64,000 nt of DNA, taken from positions 832,001 to 896,000 of the forward strand of contig CBDDCK010000005.1 in NCBI GenBank assembly GCA_965225855.1. The letters run 5' to 3'. Source of the DNA: Spirochaetia bacterium (lineage in GTDB: Bacteria > Spirochaetota > Spirochaetia > SP-2023). The translations under genes and the position numbers were made by a program. Below the pieces are notes generated by a model. It did not search any database. It was not told where the DNA came from and saw only the letters and a program-made list of their open reading frames with translations. Each line of letters starts with the position of its first letter. The first letter of the stretch is position 1. Below, one piece after another: positions 9,918 through 17,449 of this stretch.

Positions 9918-11312
9918 TTATGTAAAACTTGAGGCGGCGATAGCCGCACCTAGCAATGGAGCATTTTCTACCGTTTTAAAGCGGTAGTATCGTTGCTGTT
10001 CCAGCAAGTAGTCGAGCCAATTTCGCACACGCAGTTCAAACCGGTGCAAGGCATAAAAAGTAGAACCATCTATTGTTAGGCAAATAGGGCGCAGTGGAGA
10101 TAGACCGCCATTTGTGCGGAAGATGCAAGCAGCCATGTTGACTGCAGTAAATAATGCGTTTCGTTCTAAGATGGCTTGGGTTAAGAAATACATGCGCTCG
10201 CGGGCATTCTCATCAATATCGTGTTCGTCCAACCAGGCCACCAAAGGGCTCTTGGCATTATGGGGGCTATTTCCCACCAAATGGGGCGGACGACTAGGGT
10301 TGTGTAATATTGCATTGGCTGTAGCACTATTTTGTAGCGGTAGTTGGCAAAGTTCTTTAGGCAAAAGATTTTCTGCTCCTGCTTGGCGCAACACCATACA
10401 CACCAATTCTCCCCAGTAACAACCCGAGCAAGTTTTTTCTTGTAAATACGTGCCGGGGTTTTGGGTTTGTCTATCGTATTCTTGGTCGATAGAACTTTGG
10501 GGGAAGCGGCTATAGTTGCCGGATTCGGTATTGATGATAATGCGTTTTTCTTGGTAGTGCTTATTTAGCGTGGGAATATTTTCGCTGTATTCTGCGTAGC
10601 AGCTATTGATACCAGTACCCAGAATATAGCCAATAAAATCACTATAAGCTGCATCTTGGGCCACGGATTGGCCTGCAAGTAACGCTGCCACTGTGTCGTT
10701 GATAATATAAATGTGGGCGGGCGCTTTGGCTGCAAATTTTTGTTGTAATACTGCAATTAAGCGGCTGCCGATATATTCTCCCACTAAGTCGGGAACTTTG
10801 ATTTCTTTGCTCCATTGCAAAAGCTTGCCATCTAAATTGCCGTTGCGGTCTATAACAATTTGTGTTGAGTATGAAAAACAAAAACCTAGGCAGGGTGGGC
10901 TTTGCTGGTAGCGTTGGTAATATTGCTCTAATACTGGCTGTATAAAGTCGGCAATTTCGTTTAAAAATTGCTTTGCACTGATGGTTGTTTGCAGGCCAGG
11001 CATTTCTTGCTTGGCAAAAAGCTCTAGTGATGGCTGACCCGTATCGGGTAGAGTAATCATGGCACGGCGCAAATTGCTGCCGCCAGCATCGAGCACTACC
11101 GTTGCTTGGTTGCGTTGAAACGCTTTATCTGGCGATATATAAGTGGGGATCATTTTCAGGGAGCTTGATTGTTTTAGACCTTGTGTCATTTCCGCCAGAT
11201 AATCGGCCAGTAGTTGTTTCGGCTCCAATTGGTTACAGGTCAGGCTGTGATTTTCTAAAAATAACTGCACAGCTTGGCTATTTGCTGTAGTGTTTATGAC
11301 TGTTTTTTGCAT
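9918..11312 (-). CDS. Hexokinase-family sugar kinase (eukaryote-type hexokinase fold)
   Basis: LKMIPTY, LDAGGSNLR, LGFCFSY, WSKE, INDTVA, ILGTG.N..Y, INTESG, DGS motifs; AGGAG RBS before the ATG at 11312. Confidence 0.88.
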   Translation of the reverse strand: MQKTVINTTANSQAVQLFLENHSLTCNQLEPKQLLADYLAEMTQGLKQSSSLKMIPTYISPDKAFQRNQATVVLDAGGSNLRRAMITLPDTGQPSLELFAKQEMPGLQTTISAKQFLNEIADFIQPVLEQYYQRYQQSPPCLGFCFSYSTQIVIDRNGNLDGKLLQWSKEIKVPDLVGEYIGSRLIAVLQQKFAAKAPAHIYIINDTVAALLAGQSVAQDAAYSDFIGYILGTGINSCYAEYSENIPTLNKHYQEKRIIINTESGNYSRFPQSSIDQEYDRQTQNPGTYLQEKTCSGCYWGELVCMVLRQAGAENLLPKELCQLPLQNSATANAILHNPSRPPHLVGNSPHNAKSPLVAWLDEHDIDENARERMYFLTQAILERNALFTAVNMAACIFRTNGGLSPLRPICLTIDGSTFYALHRFELRVRNWLDYLLEQQRYYRFKTVENAPLLGAAIAASSFT

Positions 11313-11442
11313 TGGTACTCCTGCATCTTGAGCTATAAAATCAAGTCGGCCCAGTATAGTTAGACAGCAGAAAAAAGTTAAGTACTTAGCCGCTATTATC
11401 ATTTATTCAAGTTAGAATAACGTCAATTTGTCTTTGTTTTAT

Positions 11443-11470
11443 TTGCACTTTGTTTAGATATGTTTATAAT
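11443..11470 (+). promoter_or_regulatory. Putative sigma70 promoter of nagA
   Basis: TTGCAC-16 bp-TATAAT. Confidence 0.5.
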
Positions 11471-11541
11471 TTGCAGAAGTAAAATTTCATGAACGCAGTT
11501 TATGTATAAATATTTACAATAGCGTTATTAAGGATTTTATC

Positions 11542-12777
11542 GTGCCTAAATATTTTAGTGCAGAGAATATTTATCATAATGGTGTGTTTTGCCCCGAGAG
11601 TATTTTGGCGGTAAATGATGATGGCTATGTTATCGGGGTGTTGCCTCGCAGTTATCTCAAGGCCGAGCAGACAAAATATTGTATGGATTTTGGGGAGCGT
11701 ATTCTTGCACCGGGCTGGGTTGATTTGCAGTTAAATGGTTGCGGTGGCGGTTTGTTTAACCGTGATTTAAATTTGGCCTGTATTGAAAAAATGCTATACA
11801 GTAGCCTTAGGCATGGGGCCACCAGTGTTCAGCCCACTTTGATTACTTGTAGTGATGAGCATATTTTAGAAGCACTGGAGGTAGTGCGCCAAGCAAAACA
11901 AAAAGCAATACAAGCGCAGCAGAAAAAAGATTGTAGTCAATGGCAATTGTGGCAAACCGTTATGGGAATGCATTTGGAAGGCCCTTATATTTCGGTAGCT
12001 CGGCGGGGTGCCCACCCGGAGCGTTTTGTTCGCAAACTAGATGAAGCGATGCTGCAAAAATTAGAGGCAGCGGGCCGCAATGGTATATTGCGCTATATTA
12101 CAATTGGCGCAGAATCGGTTCAGCCCGAGCAAGTAGCCCGTTTGGCTACCAGTGGTCTGACGGTTGCTCTGGGCCATACAGGGGCTGCCATTAGAAATTC
12201 GTGTGCGTTATTGTTGGCAGGGGCCCGTTGTTTTACCCATTTGTATAACGGCATGGGGGGGATTGATAGCCGCGATCCGCACACTTTAAGTTTAGCTTTA
12301 TCAGACAGGCGAGCCTATAGCGGTATTATTGCGGACGGCTTTCATGTTGCGCCAGAAAATATTCGCATTGCCCAGTGTTTATTAGGCAACCGTTTATTTT
12401 TGGTTACCGATGCTACTGCTACCACTGATGGTGCTGGTGGTGGCGAAGACAGTGTGTTTTTTGGCGAACAAAATTGTTATATCCGCGATGGCATTATTTG
12501 TAATGAAGAGGGTCGATTAGCTGGCTCTACTTTGACGATGAAGCGTGGTGTAGAAATTTTAGCAAATTTGTTTGATTTGCAAACCGCATTGGAAATGGCT
12601 TCGGTGAATCCTGTGCAAGCTTTGAACCCTCAAAATTTAGACAATCGCAGGATTGGCACTTTTGCACCGGGCACTAAGGCCAATTTTGTAGTGCTCGATG
12701 TTTCTCGCCATAGACGGATTTGTGAAATTTCTAGCTTAGAAACTTGGGTATTGGGGCAGCGTTGGCAATACTATTAG
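11542..12777 (+). CDS. nagA: N-acetylglucosamine-6-phosphate deacetylase
   Basis: PGWVDLQLNG, HLEGPY, RRGAH, GHT, THLYNGM, IADGFHV, LVTDA, LAGSTLTM. Confidence 0.93.
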   Translation: MPKYFSAENIYHNGVFCPESILAVNDDGYVIGVLPRSYLKAEQTKYCMDFGERILAPGWVDLQLNGCGGGLFNRDLNLACIEKMLYSSLRHGATSVQPTLITCSDEHILEALEVVRQAKQKAIQAQQKKDCSQWQLWQTVMGMHLEGPYISVARRGAHPERFVRKLDEAMLQKLEAAGRNGILRYITIGAESVQPEQVARLATSGLTVALGHTGAAIRNSCALLLAGARCFTHLYNGMGGIDSRDPHTLSLALSDRRAYSGIIADGFHVAPENIRIAQCLLGNRLFLVTDATATTDGAGGGEDSVFFGEQNCYIRDGIICNEEGRLAGSTLTMKRGVEILANLFDLQTALEMASVNPVQALNPQNLDNRRIGTFAPGTKANFVVLDVSRHRRICEISSLETWVLGQRWQYY

Positions 12778-12898
12778 ATTATTGCCATAAGTAATGTTTC
12801 ATCTTTAAAAATTAGTATGGAACAACCAAAGGCTGAAACAATGCAAAGGCCCACCCCCAAGCACCACCCCACCGTACCCACCCAATAACTGCCCCAGC

Positions 12899-12972
12899 CC
12901 AAAGCAACAAACCGAAACCAACAAGCCAAAGCAACAAACCGAAATAGCCATACAAACGCACATACAAACGCA
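12899..12972 (+). repeat. Short direct repeats in a C/A-rich leader region
   Basis: CCAAAGCAACAAACCGAAA x2 (12899, 12926) and CATACAAACGCA x2. Confidence 0.8.
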
Positions 12973-13009
12973 ATTGGTTTGCCGATGCCAATCTACAAGT
13001 CATCGCCTG
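12939..13009 (+). repeat. Conserved non-coding block preceding the 23-bp array; second copy at 47591-47669 (minus strand)
   Basis: CCGAAATAGCC...CATCGCCTG matches in both loci except an 8-bp GCAATTGG duplication in the second copy. Confidence 0.9.
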
Positions 13010-13010
13010 A

Positions 13011-13172
13011 CTTACCACAATATAGCTTTCCCCACTGGATCAAGGCCTTGATCCGCATTGGTATAAAGTATTGTTCCGTATTACTACAATATAGCTTTCC
13101 GCATTGGAGTAATGCATTGTTACCCACTGGATCAAGACCTTGATCCAAGGCGGAAAGCTATATTGTAGCAAG
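13011..13172. repeat. 162-bp array of seven 18-bp quasi-palindromes at 23-bp period with inverted termini (copy 1)
   Basis: Cores start at 13014, 13037, 13060, 13083, 13106, 13129, 13152, with 5-bp linkers; ends CTTACCACAATATAGCTTTCC / GGAAAGCTATATTGTAGCAAG. Confidence 0.9.
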
Positions 13173-13235
13173 GCACTAAAAAACACAAAAACATAAAAAA
13201 AGCACAAAAAAACTTACAAAAAGCTTATATAGGCC

Positions 13236-13262
13236 TTGACTCAATTCCCCCCCTAACACAAT
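13236..13262 (+). promoter_or_regulatory. Putative sigma70 promoter with C7 tract in a 15-bp spacer (lipoprotein copy 1)
   Basis: TTGACT-caattCCCCCCCtaa-CACAAT; same layout at all three paralogs; A-tracts upstream. Confidence 0.65.
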
Positions 13263-13325
13263 AGGGCTCTATGCACTAGCCCGTATGGGTTGGCTAATCT
13301 TTATCCATTCTTGGAGGTATTGCTT

Positions 13326-15476
13326 ATGTATAAGCTCAAACTACTTTTATTGCCTGTAGCATTGCTACTGGCCTTTATGGCCTTGGCCTGCGCACCACCC
13401 GATGACGATGATCGATCTTCTGCGCCGTCTAAGCCGACTATCAATAACGCCATCTACGACTTTGCTACGGCTCTGTTAACCGTACAAGGTACTGACTTAA
13501 GTCCTACAGAAGCGCAAATCCAAACCATCGTAGTAGATGGTGTAGCCTTAAGTTCCTATACTGCAGATGACCCAGCCACTGGGCCAGATAGTAACGGTCT
13601 TGCAAAAGGTAAGTACCGTATGAAAAGCGATGGCACAGCGATTTGGCTTAGACTTACCGATCGACATAAAGCTACTCTGAATGGCAAGGTGGGTAGCAAT
13701 GGTCTAAAAAAAGGGTTGCTTACTAGCTCTGGTGCTTGGGCGGGTTTAGATACAGCCAAAGACTTAACCGTTAGCAATATACCCGATAAGCAGACCGAAA
13801 CCGAAGAAGAGTCGCCTAAGTTACCCGAAGCCGAACAAACCGAAGAAGTCGATGATCAATCGCCTAAGCAACCTAAAGACAAACAAGTCGAACAAGCTGA
13901 AGAGGAGTCGCCTAAGCAACCTAAAGACGAACAAGTCGAACAAGCTGAAGAGGAGTCGCCTAAGCAACCTAAAGACGAACAAGTCGAACAAGCTGAAGAG
14001 GAGTCGCCTGAACTACCCGAAGCTGCAATTACCCGTGCAACCTACAATGTTGGCACGGCGCTGTTAACTGTACAAGGTACTGACTTAGGTAGTGCGACCC
14101 AAGCCCAAATCCAAACCATCGTGGTAGATGGCCTAGCCTTAAGTTCCTATATTGCAGATGCCACAGCCACTGGGCCAGATAGTCGCGGTCTTGCAAAAGG
14201 TAAGTACCGCCTGCATAGCGCTGGCACAGCGCTTTGGCTGAAACTTACCGATCAACATAAAGCTACTCTGAATGGCAAAACAGGTATGGATAGCAATGGT
14301 CTAAAAGATGGGTTGCTTACTAGCACTGGTACTTGGGCGGGTTTAGATACAGCCAAAGCCTTGTCCGTTAGTGGAAACCCACCCACAATTACCAGTGCAA
14401 GCTACAATGTATATTTAGGCTTCTTAGAGCTTACAGGTACTAATTTACCGAAAACAGTTGCAAGATGGGACTTTAGCAAATTGACGCTTGTATCCGGTGA
14501 TGGTACTAAGAGATACCCATTACCCCAGCACTCAACTTTAGGTAGAAACAGAGCCACAGGTTCTAATGCAAGTGCAACAGGCTTAGATATTATTTTAAAC
14601 GGTAGTGTAAAAGCGGAAGCCGATAAGATACTGGTTAAGGAAGGTGTTCGTGATGCTAATGGTGCATACAACCTGGAAGCAGCAGCAGGCTTTGCAGGTG
14701 GTAGCGCAGCAGACACAACCAATCCTATTACCGTTAGGGGGTATACAGCCAGCATCACCCGTGCAACCTACGATGCTAATACAGGCGAGTTATATATTAT
14801 TGGTATCAAGTTACCGAGAGCAGTTGCAGACTGGGACTTTAGCAAATTGACGATTGTATCCGGTGATGGTACTAAGAGATACCCATTACCCCAGCACGCA
14901 ACTGCAGGTGAAAACACAGCCACAGGTTCTAGTGCAGGTACAGCCTACTTAAGTATTACTTTAAGCGGTAGTGTAAAAGCGGAAGCCGAGAAGATATTGG
15001 TTAACGATGGTGATAGTGATGCTAATGGTGCATACAACCTGGAAGCAGCAGCAGAATTTGTATCTGGTAGTCCAGAAGACCCAACCAACCCTATTACCGT
15101 TAGTGGGTATGTAGCCAGCATCACCAGTGCAAGCTACAATGCTTATTTAGGCCGGTTATTGATTATAGGTAGCAGGTTACCGAGAGCAGTTACAGACTGG
15201 GACTTTAGCAAATTGACGATTGTATCCGGTGATGGTAGTAAGAGATTCACATTACCCCGGCACGCAACAGGTGAAAACACAGCCACAGGTTCTAGTGTAG
15301 GTACAACCTACTTAGATATTACTTTAAGCGGTAGTGTAAAAGCGGAAGCCGATAAGATACTGGTTGAGGCTGGTCTTGGTGATGCTAATGGTGCATACAA
15401 CCTTAAAGCAGCAGCAGAATTTGTACCTGGTAGCGCAGAAGACCTAACCAATGCTATTCAAGTAGTTATACATTAA
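13326..15476 (+). CDS. Modular repeat surface lipoprotein, paralog 1 (A-linker-A-B-B-B)
   Basis: GGAGG RBS then MYKLKLLLLPVALLLAFMALA-C lipoprotein signal; two types of ~120-aa beta-rich repeat; acidic linker. Confidence 0.85.
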   Translation: MYKLKLLLLPVALLLAFMALACAPPDDDDRSSAPSKPTINNAIYDFATALLTVQGTDLSPTEAQIQTIVVDGVALSSYTADDPATGPDSNGLAKGKYRMKSDGTAIWLRLTDRHKATLNGKVGSNGLKKGLLTSSGAWAGLDTAKDLTVSNIPDKQTETEEESPKLPEAEQTEEVDDQSPKQPKDKQVEQAEEESPKQPKDEQVEQAEEESPKQPKDEQVEQAEEESPELPEAAITRATYNVGTALLTVQGTDLGSATQAQIQTIVVDGLALSSYIADATATGPDSRGLAKGKYRLHSAGTALWLKLTDQHKATLNGKTGMDSNGLKDGLLTSTGTWAGLDTAKALSVSGNPPTITSASYNVYLGFLELTGTNLPKTVARWDFSKLTLVSGDGTKRYPLPQHSTLGRNRATGSNASATGLDIILNGSVKAEADKILVKEGVRDANGAYNLEAAAGFAGGSAADTTNPITVRGYTASITRATYDANTGELYIIGIKLPRAVADWDFSKLTIVSGDGTKRYPLPQHATAGENTATGSSAGTAYLSITLSGSVKAEAEKILVNDGDSDANGAYNLEAAAEFVSGSPEDPTNPITVSGYVASITSASYNAYLGRLLIIGSRLPRAVTDWDFSKLTIVSGDGSKRFTLPRHATGENTATGSSVGTTYLDITLSGSVKAEADKILVEAGLGDANGAYNLKAAAEFVPGSAEDLTNAIQVVIH
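13860..14003 (+). repeat. Intragenic tandem repeat 3 x 48 bp (SPKQPKDEQVEQAEEE)
   Basis: Units start at 13860, 13908, 13956. Confidence 0.95.
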
Positions 15477-15543
15477 GTAGGTTTTGGTTTAACCTTACTT
15501 GCCCAATAGCTCTTATAGCAGCTAAGTGAAAGCTAGCGGGCAG

Positions 15544-15587
15544 GCCAACCAAGTAAATGCGGTAAGCAATGCTTGGTTGGCTTTTTT
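15544..15587 (+). terminator. Intrinsic terminator after lipoprotein paralog 1
   Basis: GCCAACCAAGTA...TGCTTGGTTGGC hairpin followed by T6. Confidence 0.75.
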
Positions 15588-15610
15588 GTTGGGCTATTAG
15601 GCTGTATCTT

Positions 15611-15686
15611 GTTGTTGCAACGCTTGCATTGGCCAATTATAGCCTTGGTAAGTTTTTTATCAAGGCTGCTTTTGCCAATTATAGCC
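15611..15686 (+). repeat. Partial copy of the hairpin repeat found at 58447-58615
   Basis: GTTGTTGCAACGCTTGCATTGGCCAATT..AGCCTTGGTAAGTTTTTTATCAAGGCTGCTTTT matches the reverse complement of about 58540-58615. Confidence 0.85.
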
Positions 15687-15940
15687 ATTCTGGAAAGTAG
15701 AAAAAAATCGAGTTATCACGTCCGATGGCACAAAGTTATCACGTCCTGCATCATTTAGTCGGGGCTCTTCCCGCAAAGAACTTTGGCAATACAGTGTTTG
15801 GGGCTTGTTGTTTGGGTGGAATGTTACGATCTTCTGCCTGAATTAAGTATCGGACACGAGATATTTTGATACGCAAGCCTTAGTGTCTTCTCAATAAAAA
15901 AGCACAAAAAGTATTTGGATAAACTTATCATAATTCGATC

Positions 15941-15968
15941 TTGACTATTTGAGATTTGGCTATATACT
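15941..15968 (+). promoter_or_regulatory. Putative sigma70 promoter of the pnt operon
   Basis: TTGACT-16 bp-TATACT about 50 bp upstream of the start. Confidence 0.6.
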
Positions 15969-16016
15969 TATTCAGGATTTTTTTATTCACGATACAAACA
16001 AAAAAGGAAGATAAAT

Positions 16017-17120
16017 ATGATATTAGGTATACTGAACGAGTCAGAAGACAGACGCGTTGCAGTTACCCCTGAAGTTGTGCCGCAGCTGCAGGGAATAGGA
16101 TTAGAGATTATTCTCGAGAAAGGAGCTGGTATTGAAGCCGGCGTTCCCGATGCTGAATATACAAACTGCAATGCCAAAGTGGTTCCAGAAAAAAAAGAAA
16201 TTCTGGCCAATGCAGACATTATTTCCACGTTTTCGCCCCTTGGGGAAGCCGAGCAAAATCAGTGCAAAGACAAAGTTATGCTTGTTTCGCGCTACACACC
16301 CTATGATCAGGTGGACAAAATAGAATCTTGGGCAAAAAAACAGCACACTATTTACAGTTTGGACATGATTCCTCGCATCACCGTGGCGCAGTCAGCAGAT
16401 GTGTTGTCTTCGCTAGCTTCGATTGCCGGTTATAAGGCTGTACTGGTTGCTACAGAATATTTACAGCGTTACTTTCCCATGCTGATTACAGCTGCTGGTA
16501 GTATTCCTCCAAGTAAAGTATTGGTGCTTGGTGCGGGCGTGGCCGGATTACAGGCGGTTGCCACAGCAAAACGTTTGGGTGCTGTGGTGGAAGCGTTTGA
16601 TACTCGCGCTGCAGCTAAAGACGAAGTGATGAGCTTGGGTGCCAAATTTGTCGAGTTAGAAGGTGCCACAGATGACAAAGCAGCAGGGGGTTATGCCGTA
16701 GAGCAAACTGAGGAATACAAGGCAAAGCAAAAAGAAGCTATTGCCAAAAGTGTGGCCAAATCGGACGTGATTGTTGCAACCGCCCAGCTTCGAGGTAAAC
16801 CGGCTCCAACTCTAGTAACCAAAGAAATGGTGGAAAGCATGAGACCCGGCAGTGTCATTATCGACTTGGCAGCCATTACTGGCGGTAATTGCGAATTATC
16901 CAAAAACAATGAAATCATCAGCCACCAAGGTGTTACCATTTTAGGTGATTCGGACCTCTCGCAACGAGTGGCCAGTCATGCATCATTGTTATATGCCAAA
17001 AATACGTTGAACTTTTTAAAGTTCATGGTAAAAGATGGCAAAATTGTACTGTGTAATAATGAGCACGAAGTGGCTCAAAAAAGCTGTATCATCGAAAACG
17101 GCAAAAACATTTATCAATAG
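16017..17120 (+). CDS. pntA: NAD(P) transhydrogenase alpha subunit, domain I (alpha1)
   Basis: RRVA.TP, IPRIT.AQS.DVLSS, AGYKAV, GAGVAGLQA, GGYA, GGNCEL. Confidence 0.95.
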   Translation: MILGILNESEDRRVAVTPEVVPQLQGIGLEIILEKGAGIEAGVPDAEYTNCNAKVVPEKKEILANADIISTFSPLGEAEQNQCKDKVMLVSRYTPYDQVDKIESWAKKQHTIYSLDMIPRITVAQSADVLSSLASIAGYKAVLVATEYLQRYFPMLITAAGSIPPSKVLVLGAGVAGLQAVATAKRLGAVVEAFDTRAAAKDEVMSLGAKFVELEGATDDKAAGGYAVEQTEEYKAKQKEAIAKSVAKSDVIVATAQLRGKPAPTLVTKEMVESMRPGSVIIDLAAITGGNCELSKNNEIISHQGVTILGDSDLSQRVASHASLLYAKNTLNFLKFMVKDGKIVLCNNEHEVAQKSCIIENGKNIYQ

Positions 17121-17129
17121 GAGAAGAAC

Positions 17130-17447
17130 ATGGCTATTATTGAATTTATTGGCAACAATTTAACCAATATGACACTTTTAATTTTTGCCTCTTTACTGGG
17201 CATGGAAGTGATTAACCACGTACCGACATTACTTCATACCCCGCTTATGTCGGGAGCCAATGCGATTAGTGGTGTAACAGTAGTCGGCGGAATTTATCTT
17301 GTACGCAAAGCTGCAGAAGGCGATTACGTCTCTATAGGTCTTGGAGCCGTTGCTATATTTTTTGGCATGATTAACGTAGTCGGAGGCTTTGCTGTAACCA
17401 ACAGAATGTTGGACAAATTTAAAAAGAGTGGAAAAGACGGGAAATAA
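17130..17447 (+). CDS. pntA: NAD(P) transhydrogenase alpha subunit, membrane part (alpha2)
   Basis: VPTLLHTPLMSGANAISG, NVVGGFAVT.RML. Confidence 0.93.
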   Translation: MAIIEFIGNNLTNMTLLIFASLLGMEVINHVPTLLHTPLMSGANAISGVTVVGGIYLVRKAAEGDYVSIGLGAVAIFFGMINVVGGFAVTNRMLDKFKKSGKDGK

Positions 17448-17449
17448 GC

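Noticed and set aside
12812..13018. 68-aa minus-strand ORF and its counterpart at 47519-47770
   Set aside because: The shared QAMTCRLASANQL stretch is frameshifted by an 8-bp duplication in the second copy, so it is a by-product of a non-coding repeat.
13011..13172. CRISPR, TIGR-type or CsrB-like RNA interpretation of the 23-bp array
   Set aside because: The period is 23 bp, the variable parts recur and are self-palindromic rather than unique guides, the GGA motifs sit in stems rather than loops, and no effector gene is adjacent.
13326..15476. Diversity-generating retroelement target
   Set aside because: No reverse transcriptase or non-coding template repeat in the window, and differences between modules are not evidently confined to adenines.
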